Source: Azolla caroliniana
Lineage: Eukaryota > Plantae > Polypodiophyta
DNA length: 17,875 bases
Reading direction: 5' to 3'
Assembly (NCBI GenBank): GCA_043228905.1
Contig: JBHGNT010000679.1
Span: forward strand, 1 to 17,875
Part shown: positions 9,719 to 17,875 of the stretch, piece after piece
Numbering within the stretch: position 1 is the stretch's first letter
Layout: each line of letters starts with the position of its first letter
The notes under the pieces: model-generated
The model's database searches: none
Seen by the model: the letters and a program-made list of their open reading frames with translations, nothing else
What the model was told of the DNA's origin: nothing
Position numbers and translations under genes: made by a program

Positions 9719-11247
9719 CTGTAGTTTTTAACAAAGTGAAGAAGATTAGTGCAAGGAACGGTGAAGGTATGATTGTGTGTTTGAATGGATAGGAAGGAAT
9801 GAAGAGAAGGTATGAATGAATATGAGCGTGTATGAAGGTATTTTGTATTCTGATGAAAAGTGAAGAACATTAATGTAAGAAATGGTGGAAGTTATGGATG
9901 TATGAAGGTACGAATGCTCTGCTTGAAGGTATGAGTGCATCAAGGTATGGAAGCAGAGAGGTAACTTTTTGGGACATAGAATTCCTCATTACTGGGAAGT
10001 GCAAAACGGAGGGCATGAGAGAGAAGACTGCAAAGTTCTGCAATTACACTTACATTTAAACAGGAAATGTAGGAACGAAATACATATAGTTGAAACGAAA
10101 AGAAAAAAATCATCACAATGATTACATTGAGCTATGCACCCTCAAGTGAATCAATTATCAGAGAGAGGAAGACAAAATCGTTCAGTTATTCTGTTGGTTA
10201 ATGATACGATTAAGGAGGGAATTAAGGAATGGTTATAAACCAAAATAAAACTTCATCCCCAAGGTGCATTAAATTATTCTGCAAGTTGAATCAGCATACA
10301 TGAAAAATTGACTCCATTCGGAATTATAAACAAGCTAAAGAGTCTGGTAATTGAAACAAAAGAGCATATATATATATATATAGTTGGGTTTTGGTACAGA
10401 ACGCAAAAGGAAAGATTTTCTTCAGAGGACCACAAATTATGATTTTCTTCAGGGAATTACATCAGAAATTACTAGAAAAAAGCAGCAGATTAGAAACCAG
10501 AAAGGGGAATAGAGAAAGGGTAGATTTCATAAGAATTCAATTAAAATGGTGCGATTACACTTGCTAGTAGAAAAGAGGGTCAAACTCACAGGAAATCCGA
10601 GGGAAAGAGATCTGAGGTATTGGGAATTGTATGTACTTCAAAGTTGGAGGCCAAAGATTTCACAATTCAAGCCAGCTCTTCGATTAGAGAAGAAGGCAAA
10701 GGCAGTATTGACAGATAAAATTAAGAGAATTTTATCACAATAATCTTACAGCAAACGTTATTTCCTCAGAGAAAAGTTTTCACCGGGAATATATATATAG
10801 GAAATTGGTAAATTCACAGTTTTTTCCGTATTTTCACAGTTTTTTTGGGGGGATGGAATCTGGCTATCATTTGTAATCATATTTCTGAAGTCAAAAAAAA
10901 AACTGTGAATTTACCAATTCCCTATATATATGAGTTATACCAAAGAAATGTAAAATTTGAGGAAAGCCAAAACCTGAGAGAAGTAAGAAAAGAAGAAAGG
11001 GCAAATCGGCATGAGAAAGGCATAGCTTAAAAAGAAGGATCTTGGGAGATTGTACAAGACAGCAGTCAGATTGAAGACAAAAGCGTATGATGAAGAAGGG
11101 TTGTTGTTGTTTTTTATTTTAAGAGGAAGAAGTAATTGATTAGAGAATGTAAGGATGTTAGACCTGTATGTAGATGTGAGATAATTCTGCGGATTGTGGA
11201 GAGAGTGGATAAGAAAGACAGAAGGCTTCTTCTTTTTTATCACTCAC
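9719..11247 (-). other. Probable 5'-UTR (leader) intron of the OSCA gene
   Basis: Minus-strand consensus donor AAG|GTGAGT at 11248/11247. Acceptor TACAG| at 9719/9718 with branch-like CTAAT ~30 nt upstream, leaving 26 nt before the ATG. The interior is U-rich on the sense strand. No transcript evidence. Confidence 0.6.
10800..10922. mobile_element. 123-bp MITE inserted in a (TA)n tract
   Basis: 26-bp TIRs GG(A/G)AATTGGTAAATTCACAGTTTTTT at 10800-10825 and 10897-10922 (25/26 match), flanked on both sides by TATATATA. Confidence 0.85.
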
Positions 11248-11419
11248 CTTCCTCGTTCTCTTTTCTGTTGTATGTACCCTTTCTTTTTCTTTTTCTTTTT
11301 CTTTTTCAGCTCTGATACATATATGTATGTATGTATATGCTAAAATCTATGGAAACTTCAATGAACAGACATTGTGATGAGTGATTTGGCGTTTTCGTCT
11401 TTGTTTCCATTCCTCCTCC

Positions 11420-11675
11420 TACTTCCTTCCTTCCTTCCTTTTCTTCTGCTCTTCACGCTGAGACTGAGACTGAGACTGAGACTGGCTGAGACGACTCATG
11501 ACTCATGGAGTGAGTGAGTGAGTGCTCACACGCACGCACATACATACATACATACTCATACATACATTACATACATTACATACATAGATACATAGATATG
11601 TATGTATGTATGTATGTATCCTGCGGCCTGCCCAAACCAAAATTACCCAAAAAATAATGAAGAAGAAGAAGAAAC
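11420..11675. repeat. Cluster of simple repeats: (TTCC)n, (CTGAGA)n, (GAGT)n, (ATAC)n, (ATGT)n, (GAA)n
   Basis: Directly visible consecutive short tandem repeats in the probable OSCA leader/promoter region. Confidence 0.9.
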
Positions 11676-11756
11676 GGCTCTCTCCTGCTGCAGACGCACA
11701 CAGAGGCCACGGAGAAATGGAAATGGCAGAGAGCAGAGAAACAGAGAAGAACAGAG

Positions 11757-11760
<4 letters not shown>

Positions 11761-11836
<76 letters not shown>
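11761..11836. repeat. Compound microsatellite (AG)20(TG)18
   Basis: Counted directly: AG 11761-11800, TG 11801-11836. Confidence 0.98.
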
Positions 11837-11838
<2 letters not shown>

Positions 11839-11899
11839 TGCGAGTGTGTCCGTGCGCATGTTGAAAAGCGTGTTCTGTGTGTGTCTGTGTCTTCTCTCG

Positions 11900-12618
11900 G
11901 GACACTTTTCACGACCTCTAGGGTCATGAAGGTCATAAAAAAATTACAACATAGGAAATCCATGGACCACACAGGATTGCGAGCCGAGCACATCATATAT
12001 GCTCGAGAGTGCCTAGCTCCCCTTCTCACTCTAATCTTCAACCGCGCCCTCGCCGAGGGTTTTCCACCACAATGGGCCATGAACACTGTGGCCCCTATAC
12101 ATAAAGGAGGGGACCCAATGGACCCAAATACATATAGGACCATTATGATAGGTCATACGCTTGCTAAACTATATGGTGCAGTAATGGAAGCGGAGCTCAG
12201 TGATTATTTGGAAACATTAAGTCTTCGAGCACCTGAGCAGGCTGGCTTTAGACGAGCCTTCTCCACTATTGACCACATCTTCACACTTAGGTGCTTAATT
12301 GACCAAACAAAGGCTCATAAGAAGAAACTATATTGTTGCTTTGTGGACTTTCGCAAAGCCTTTGATACAGTTCCTAGGGAGAGGTTGTTTGATAGATTTA
12401 AGAGCTTGGAGATACCAAATGACATGATTTGGGCCATTTATGCCCTATATGAGCAAGTCTATGGGCGCGTAAGATGCCCAGGTGGCCTATCCGATTGTTT
12501 CACTAGCACCATTGGTGTAAAACAGGGTTGCCCCCTATCACCGACTCTTTTTGGGATCTACATTGATGAGATCACTGATTTTATTGCTCGTAAGGGAGGC
12601 AAAGGAGTGGCTATTGGG
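11900..12618 (+). mobile_element. 5'-truncated non-LTR retrotransposon (LINE) RT fragment, RTE/RTEX-like, interrupted by the copia insertion
   Basis: An open frame encodes non-LTR RT motifs PIHKGGDPMDPNTYRTI, EQAGFRR, TIDHIFTL, FVDFRKAFDTV and GVKQGCPLSPTLFGIYID. Homology stops at the copia LTR (12619) before the expected (Y/F)ADD motif. No endonuclease or ORF1 upstream. The clade call is tentative and the left edge approximate. Confidence 0.9.
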
Positions 12619-12707
12619 TGTTGTATGCGAGGAAGGTCGTCAATGCGGAAGATCGAGAAGCATTCGATCCCTGTTTCTTCCCTGTGTATGATGGAATGTA
12701 GGTCGTT

Positions 12708-12738
<31 letters not shown>

Positions 12739-12910
12739 CACAAAAGACTCTTTTATTTCACAAAGCAACAATACAACAGCCAACCTTACAAAAAGGTTAC
12801 AAGGTCACTATATATAGTGACTGACTTAGGGCAACTACCCTTTATGCTAATTACATAAATGGCCAAAACGGGATAGTGTGAATACGTCCATTATACACAT
12901 GTATTCGACA
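12619..12910 (-). repeat. 3' LTR (292 bp)
   Basis: Minus-strand termini TGTCG...CAACA. It directly follows the PPT and matches 17694-17875 except for one substitution and one AG unit. Confidence 0.95.
12804..12821. promoter_or_regulatory. LTR TATA box within a perfect 18-bp palindrome
   Basis: GTCACTATATATAGTGAC is its own reverse complement and lies ~90-105 bp inside the U3 end. Confidence 0.65.
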
Positions 12911-12917
12911 CTCCCCC
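12911..12917 (-). other. Polypurine tract
   Basis: Minus strand GGGGGAG immediately before the TG of the 3' LTR. Confidence 0.85.
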
Positions 12918-13103
12918 GTAATGGGCGTATACATGGGTTATCTAAGATTACAGGTATAGACTTGGGTTCTCGGACATATCAGCTTTGTTCGAGTCGGCAG
13001 GGTCCGAAAGCAGAAGACCGAACTGGTCGGGTCGGAACAGTTGAAGCCGATCATTAAGGAACTGATGTCGGTTGTCGGGAACCATCCTGCTCTATGTCCG
13101 GCT

Positions 13104-16100
13104 CTAACCGGACTGGTTTGTCGTTACGCCCATCTGATGCCGAAGAGACCGAAAACGGTCTGCCGAAAGACACTTGGTCATTCCATCTGCGACATTGTCG
13201 GTTGTGGATATTTTCTCTAGACCGATTTTCCCTGAAATGACGCAGTCCCGAACGAAGTGATATCGAACGTCGATATGTTTGGAGGCGTTGTGGTGAACCG
13301 GATTTTTCGACAAGGCAACAGCACCTTGACTGTCGCTGTAGACAACTGGAGCCGAGTCATGGTCAACTTGTCGAAACGTGTGCGCCAGCCGACCGAGCCA
13401 CAAAGCTTCTTTTGCTGCGTCGGACGCAGCTACATATTCTGCTTCAGTCGTTGAGGTCGCTGTGCACTCCTGAAGTTTCGACTTCCACGAGATTGCTCCA
13501 TTGCCGAATTTGAAGCAGTATCCGGTTGTTGATTTTCGACTGTCTATACAGCCGGCGAAATCCGAGTCGGTGTAACCGACTACGCCTGAGGTTCGGTTCG
13601 GACCGAAAAGAATGCCATGGTCTTTTGTGCCAGCCAGATATCTGAACACATGCTTGACTGCGTTCCAATGCGATCGGCCAGGATTGTGCATAAATCTGCT
13701 AACGACTCCTACGGCATGAGAGATATCAGGCCGTGTCGCGACCATCAGGTACATAAGGGAGCCGACTGCCGGTGCATACGGTACCGACTTCATATCTTCC
13801 CCCTCCGGACCGGATGTCGGGCAGTCTCGCTGAGAGAGCCGAAGATTCATGGGGAGCGGGGTTGAAGCAGATTTGGCTGATTGCATGTTGAAGCGTTCCA
13901 AGACACGTCCGATGTAGTCGGTCTGAGACAAAAAAAGGTGTCGTTTATCGCGATGCCGACTAATCTTCATGCCGAGTATGTGTCGTGCCGGACCGAGGTC
14001 CTTCATGGCAAACTTCAACCGCAGTTGCCGAACGAGATCGGCAAGTTCGCCCGAGTGGCGTCCAGAAATTAGCATGTCGTCCACGTAAATGATGAGGAAG
14101 ATGGGTGATCCATCTTGAGCTGTGTTGGTAAAGAGACAATGGTCCTCATCGCTTTTTGAGAAGCCGATCGATTGGATGAAGTCGTCGAACTTCTTGTACC
14201 ATTGTCGCGGTGCCTGTTTGAGGCCGTATAGACTCTTCCTGAGTCGGCAGACTAGATGTTCTTGGCCAGGTGCCACGAAGCCTTTTGGCTGCTCCATATA
14301 AATTTCCTCCTCGAGATCACCATGGAGGAAGGCTGTTTTGACATCTAGCTGAATCAGCTCCAAGTTGTCGGCTGCCACTACGCCGAGCAGAAAACGAAGG
14401 GTTGTCATTTTCACCACTGGTGAAAAAATCTCGTCGAAGTCGACGCCATATTCTTGTCGGAAGCCCTTCGCAACTAATCTGGCCTTGTACTTTGGGGTGG
14501 TCGAATCAGACGTCTCTTTTAGTCGATAAACCCACTTGCAAGGAAGAGCACGTCGGTTCCTAGGTAATTCGACCAGATCCCAAGTCTTGTTTGCCCGAAT
14601 GGAGTGCATTTCCGACTCCATCGCCAGATGCCAGGTGGCGGAATCGACAGATGTCGATGCTTCTTCGTAAGACGTCGGTTCGCCGGCGTCGGTGAAGAAA
14701 ATTCCAGGAGAGTACCTCTCCGGAGGTTGCGACAGTCTCTCGGATCGTCGAGGTATGATTGGACTGGTCGCATCGGGTATCGTGGTCGGATGGTCCGAAA
14801 GCGAGTTGTTCTGTTGTGCCGAGTCGGAGTTGTCCGAGTCGGTAGAGTAAGGTTCAGCTACCCGTGAAGCTGACCGTGTGTTGAGAGCGGGGCCTTCTTG
14901 AAGGGTCGGCACATCGGAAAATGTTACCCTTCGGACTTCAATTGGTTTTTCGACGGATGGGTTCATAGCCGACTCGTTGAACACAACGTCCGAACTTCGA
15001 ACGATTTGCCTGCGTTCGGGGTCCCAGAGTCGGTATCCCATTTCGCCGTCGGATCCATATCCAAGGAAAATGCATTTCCTGGACCGAGGTGCAAGTTTTC
15101 GGCGATCATCTTTCGGAATGAGGGCGTACGCCTCGCATCCGAAGATCCTCAGTTTGTCGTAATTCGGCTTACTGCCGATCCATAGTTCCTGAGGAATTTG
15201 AAGTCCTAGAGGTCTACTTGGCGACATATTGATTATGTGTACTGCCGTGAGTAGAGCCTCTGCCCAGAAGCCATCCGACAGTCCGGAGTGTTGGAGCATG
15301 GAAACTGTCCGTTCTTGGATTGTCCGATTCATTCGTTCTGCAATCCCGTTTTGCTCCGGACTGTGTGGTGCCGTAAGTTCACGTCGGATGCCGCGTTGTC
15401 GGCAGAATTTGACGAATTCTTCGGATTTAAACTCTCCCCCGTTGTCGGTTCGAAAGCATTTCAGCTTTCGGTCGGTTTGATTTTCCACCATAGCGAGCCA
15501 ATCGGTGAAGATCGAGAAGACACGATCTTTGGTGCGAATTGGATAAGCCCACACCTTTCGAGTCGAATCGTCAATAAAACTGACGAAGTAAGAGGCACCG
15601 CCTAGAGACTGATGCGGCATTGGGCCACAGACGTCCGAATGGACTAAATCAAGAGGTCTCGTTTCTCTTGGTGCTGATGTCGGGTGTGATGCGGCTGCTT
15701 GTTTGCCATACTGGCAATGCTCGCAGAATTGATGGTCGGAGAAGGAGAGTTTTGGGATGTATCCGGCTCTAGATAGATGCGTGATGCCGGCCTTGCTGAG
15801 GTGTCCTAATCTTCTGTGCCATAGTGATGACACAGGAATATCCACCAAAAACAGGTTACCCTCTCTGAGCGTAACATGTAACGGATACAGTGAGTGTATC
15901 TTGGGTCCTCTAGCAAGCAGGAGGTTCCCCCTGTGGAGTGTCCACCCTCCCGAAGAAAAGCCGGCACGAATGCCGTCTTCATCTAGTTGTCCGACTGAGA
16001 TCAGTGGCCTTGAGAGCTCGGGTACATGTCGGACATTGTGGAGTACAAGTGTAGAGCCACCTGCAAGGTTGAGCTCTACTGTGCCGATTCCGATGATGTC

Positions 16101-17120
16101 ACAGTGTTGTGAGTTGCCGACTCGAACTGAGTCGGAGTGACGGATCGTATATTGCCGAAATTGGGATCGATGAGGAGTCACGTGAAATGACGCGCCCGAA
16201 TCCAAGAGCCACGTGCTCGATTCTTCAGTCGTGAGCAGAACTTCTGATCCGACTGGATTTTCGATTGATAGTATATTCGGGTCGTCCGGTAGTACATCAG
16301 CTGAGAAGTTGACGTAATTGATCTCCTCATGCCGGCCACTCTTCTTGTTGTTCTTGTTCTTGAGTGCGCGGCAGTCGGCTTTGATGTGTCCGGGTTTCTT
16401 GCAGTAGTTGCAGATTCGGTTATCCCGTGACTGGCTCCGTCTTCGCTGATTGTTCGGCGGCCGTGAGTAATCTCTTCCTCGTATGTTCGATCGGTCTGTC
16501 GAACCTTGTACTACGTAAGCGTCGTCTGTTGAGTCTTTGGCGAAAGACTTTCTCCGAGCTGCTTCGGTCAGGATTGCGCTCGTGACTTCGGAGTATTTAA
16601 CAGCCGTGGTTGACGCGTTGCACACGGTTGTGACGAAAGTTTCCCATGATGAGGGAAGGCTACTCATGAGTATCATTGCTCTGAGTTCATCCTCGATTGC
16701 CGTCCCCTGTGACGAGATTTGGGAGCTTATGCTTTCGTACTCATTGAGGTGTGCTTGAACCGAATCGGATTCTTTCATCCGCAAGTTGTAGAGTCGCCGG
16801 ATCAGAAACATCTTTGTTGCGGCGACCTTCTTTTCGTAAGTGTCCGACAGTGTTTTCCACAGTTCAAATGCTGTCGTACACGATTGCACCGTAAAGTATA
16901 CCGATTCCGATAGGTGCATCCGAATCGTGGCGCGGACGATTCTGTCCAGCTTCTGCCACTCAATTGGTTTGTATCCTTCTGGAGGTTCTTCATTTTCGAT
17001 GGGATCGATTTGCCCCTTGACTATGAGATAGTCCTGCATTTGCTCCTTCCAGAAGTTAAAGTTCGAACCATCGAACTTTCGTAGACTCATTTCTGACGAG
17101 CCGGATGTTGATGCCATCAA
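13104..17120 (-). CDS. Ty1/copia Gag-Pol polyprotein (1338 aa), Tnt1-like
   Basis: Zinc knuckle CNYCKKPGHIKADC; protease WLLDSGAS; integrase LWHRRLGH..CEHC, HSDVCGP, RTDNGGEF, NGIAERMNRT; RT YKARLVAKG, QLDVKTAFLHG, YVDDML; RNase H YTDSDFAG, TTEAEY, SKHIDVRYH, ADGMTK. No stops or frameshifts. Confidence 0.98.
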   Translation of the reverse strand: MMASTSGSSEMSLRKFDGSNFNFWKEQMQDYLIVKGQIDPIENEEPPEGYKPIEWQKLDRIVRATIRMHLSESVYFTVQSCTTAFELWKTLSDTYEKKVAATKMFLIRRLYNLRMKESDSVQAHLNEYESISSQISSQGTAIEDELRAMILMSSLPSSWETFVTTVCNASTTAVKYSEVTSAILTEAARRKSFAKDSTDDAYVVQGSTDRSNIRGRDYSRPPNNQRRRSQSRDNRICNYCKKPGHIKADCRALKNKNNKKSGRHEEINYVNFSADVLPDDPNILSIENPVGSEVLLTTEESSTWLLDSGASFHVTPHRSQFRQYTIRHSDSVRVGNSQHCDIIGIGTVELNLAGGSTLVLHNVRHVPELSRPLISVGQLDEDGIRAGFSSGGWTLHRGNLLLARGPKIHSLYPLHVTLREGNLFLVDIPVSSLWHRRLGHLSKAGITHLSRAGYIPKLSFSDHQFCEHCQYGKQAAASHPTSAPRETRPLDLVHSDVCGPMPHQSLGGASYFVSFIDDSTRKVWAYPIRTKDRVFSIFTDWLAMVENQTDRKLKCFRTDNGGEFKSEEFVKFCRQRGIRRELTAPHSPEQNGIAERMNRTIQERTVSMLQHSGLSDGFWAEALLTAVHIINMSPSRPLGLQIPQELWIGSKPNYDKLRIFGCEAYALIPKDDRRKLAPRSRKCIFLGYGSDGEMGYRLWDPERRQIVRSSDVVFNESAMNPSVEKPIEVRRVTFSDVPTLQEGPALNTRSASRVAEPYSTDSDNSDSAQQNNSLSDHPTTIPDATSPIIPRRSERLSQPPERYSPGIFFTDAGEPTSYEEASTSVDSATWHLAMESEMHSIRANKTWDLVELPRNRRALPCKWVYRLKETSDSTTPKYKARLVAKGFRQEYGVDFDEIFSPVVKMTTLRFLLGVVAADNLELIQLDVKTAFLHGDLEEEIYMEQPKGFVAPGQEHLVCRLRKSLYGLKQAPRQWYKKFDDFIQSIGFSKSDEDHCLFTNTAQDGSPIFLIIYVDDMLISGRHSGELADLVRQLRLKFAMKDLGPARHILGMKISRHRDKRHLFLSQTDYIGRVLERFNMQSAKSASTPLPMNLRLSQRDCPTSGPEGEDMKSVPYAPAVGSLMYLMVATRPDISHAVGVVSRFMHNPGRSHWNAVKHVFRYLAGTKDHGILFGPNRTSGVVGYTDSDFAGCIDSRKSTTGYCFKFGNGAISWKSKLQECTATSTTEAEYVAASDAAKEALWLGRLAHTFRQVDHDSAPVVYSDSQGAVALSKNPVHHNASKHIDVRYHFVRDCVISGKIGLEKISTTDNVADGMTKCLSADRFRSLRHQMGVTTNQSG

Positions 17121-17678
17121 ATTGGGTTTCGGTTGACGAAGCTCGGTTCGGAGTTGACTACGAGCCTTGTTGGAGTGCAGCCGGTTGGCTCACCCGATAT
17201 CGTTCTAGTCGGATTTGAACCCGAGTCGGTTCGGCTTCGGAACTTGCTCGAATTGACTCCGGTAACTTGAGGGACAGAACCGACTGGTCTTCCCGAATGT
17301 CGCCGAGTCGGAGTGAGCCCGGTTCGCTTCGGATATATATGCCGAGTACCGATTATTGAAACCGATTATCTGGACCGATTCGGCTTCGGTTGACTGCAGC
17401 GATGAGAGAGACGGATCCGACTGATCCTCCCGAATGTCGATCAGCCAGATGAAGCACGAATTTGGGTTGTTGTCAGAGTTGCACAAGGGGATTTCACCTC
17501 GAGCGGTTACGATCACAGGGGACAGAGTACAACCTGCTGGCTTACTCCAAGCAAAGATGATCTAACGCGATGAGATGCAAACCTGGTGTTTCTTCTTCTT
17601 CTCTCTTCTTCGAATGACGCAGGAAACCGAATGCAGAGACGACGGCCGACAGCGGATTGAAGGACCGACTGCTGTGCA

Positions 17679-17691
17679 GGCTCTGATACCA
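17679..17691 (-). other. Primer-binding site, initiator tRNA-Met
   Basis: Minus strand TGGTATCAGAGCC, 2 nt after the CA end of the 5' LTR. Confidence 0.95.
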
Positions 17692-17693
17692 GA

Positions 17694-17782
17694 TGTTGTA
17701 TGCGAGGAAGGTCATCAATGCGGAAGATCGAGAAGCATTCGATCCCTGTTTCTTCCCTGTGTATGATGGAATGTAGGTCGTT

Positions 17783-17818
<36 letters not shown>

Positions 17819-17875
17819 AAAAGACTCTTTTATTTCACAAAGCAACAATACAACAGCCAACCTTACAAAAAGGTT
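17694..17875 (-). repeat. 5' LTR (partial, 182 bp visible)
   Basis: Direct repeat of 12619-12798, adjacent to the PBS. Confidence 0.96.

Larger units (their letters stand above)
12619..17875 (-). mobile_element. Young, apparently intact Ty1/copia LTR retrotransposon (5' LTR runs off the window)
   Basis: Two near-identical LTRs (12619-12910 and 17694-end), PBS, PPT and an uninterrupted gag-PR-IN-RT-RH ORF in copia domain order. Confidence 0.98.

Noticed and set aside
8221-9721. Identical CAG|GCTCAAAA at two acceptor junctions (8228 and 9718)
   Set aside because: The match is only about a dozen bases including the splice consensus and does not extend; probably coincidence.
11503-12143. Overlapping ORFs with THTH/SLSL/ERER/CVCV runs
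   Set aside because: These are translations of dinucleotide repeats that lack stop codons.
11602-12858. 418-aa ORF as a novel RT fusion protein
   Set aside because: It is a chimeric artefact: the N-terminus is translated microsatellite, the middle is truncated LINE RT lacking the catalytic DD motif, and the C-terminus is antisense LTR sequence.
13257-17031. Many short ORFs overlapping gag-pol
   Set aside because: They are shadow frames of a GC-rich coding region with no recognisable motifs.
17205-17860. Upstream ORFs (103, 115 and 92 aa) as an extra retroelement gene
   Set aside because: They run through LTR, SSR and PBS sequence or start at non-ATG codons, with no recognisable domain. There is also no room for an env-like ORF 3' of pol.

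Overview
This is eukaryotic land-plant nuclear DNA. From left to right it holds: (1) a decayed Ty1/copia LTR-retrotransposon 5' end on the minus strand (gag remnant, tRNA-Met PBS, probable ~270-bp LTR); (2) a 31-bp-period minisatellite; (3) a complete 11-coding-exon OSCA1/CSC1-type (ERD4/TMEM63 family) mechanosensitive cation-channel gene on the minus strand, which I spliced by hand to 2286 nt / 761 aa with all-GT-AG introns, a probable leader intron and several intronic MITE-like elements; (4) a microsatellite cluster at the probable 5' end of that gene; (5) a 5'-truncated LINE reverse-transcriptase fragment on the plus strand; and (6) a young, apparently intact Ty1/copia element nested in that LINE, with a 1338-aa gag-pol, a 292-bp 3' LTR and a 5' LTR cut by the window edge. 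I see no convincing wholly new biological system. The most interesting points are the nested LINE/copia insertion directly upstream of the channel gene with a co-oriented LTR, a cluster of splice-donor-complementary motifs before the leader-intron acceptor, a palindromic TATA box in the LTR, and recurrent intronic MITEs.
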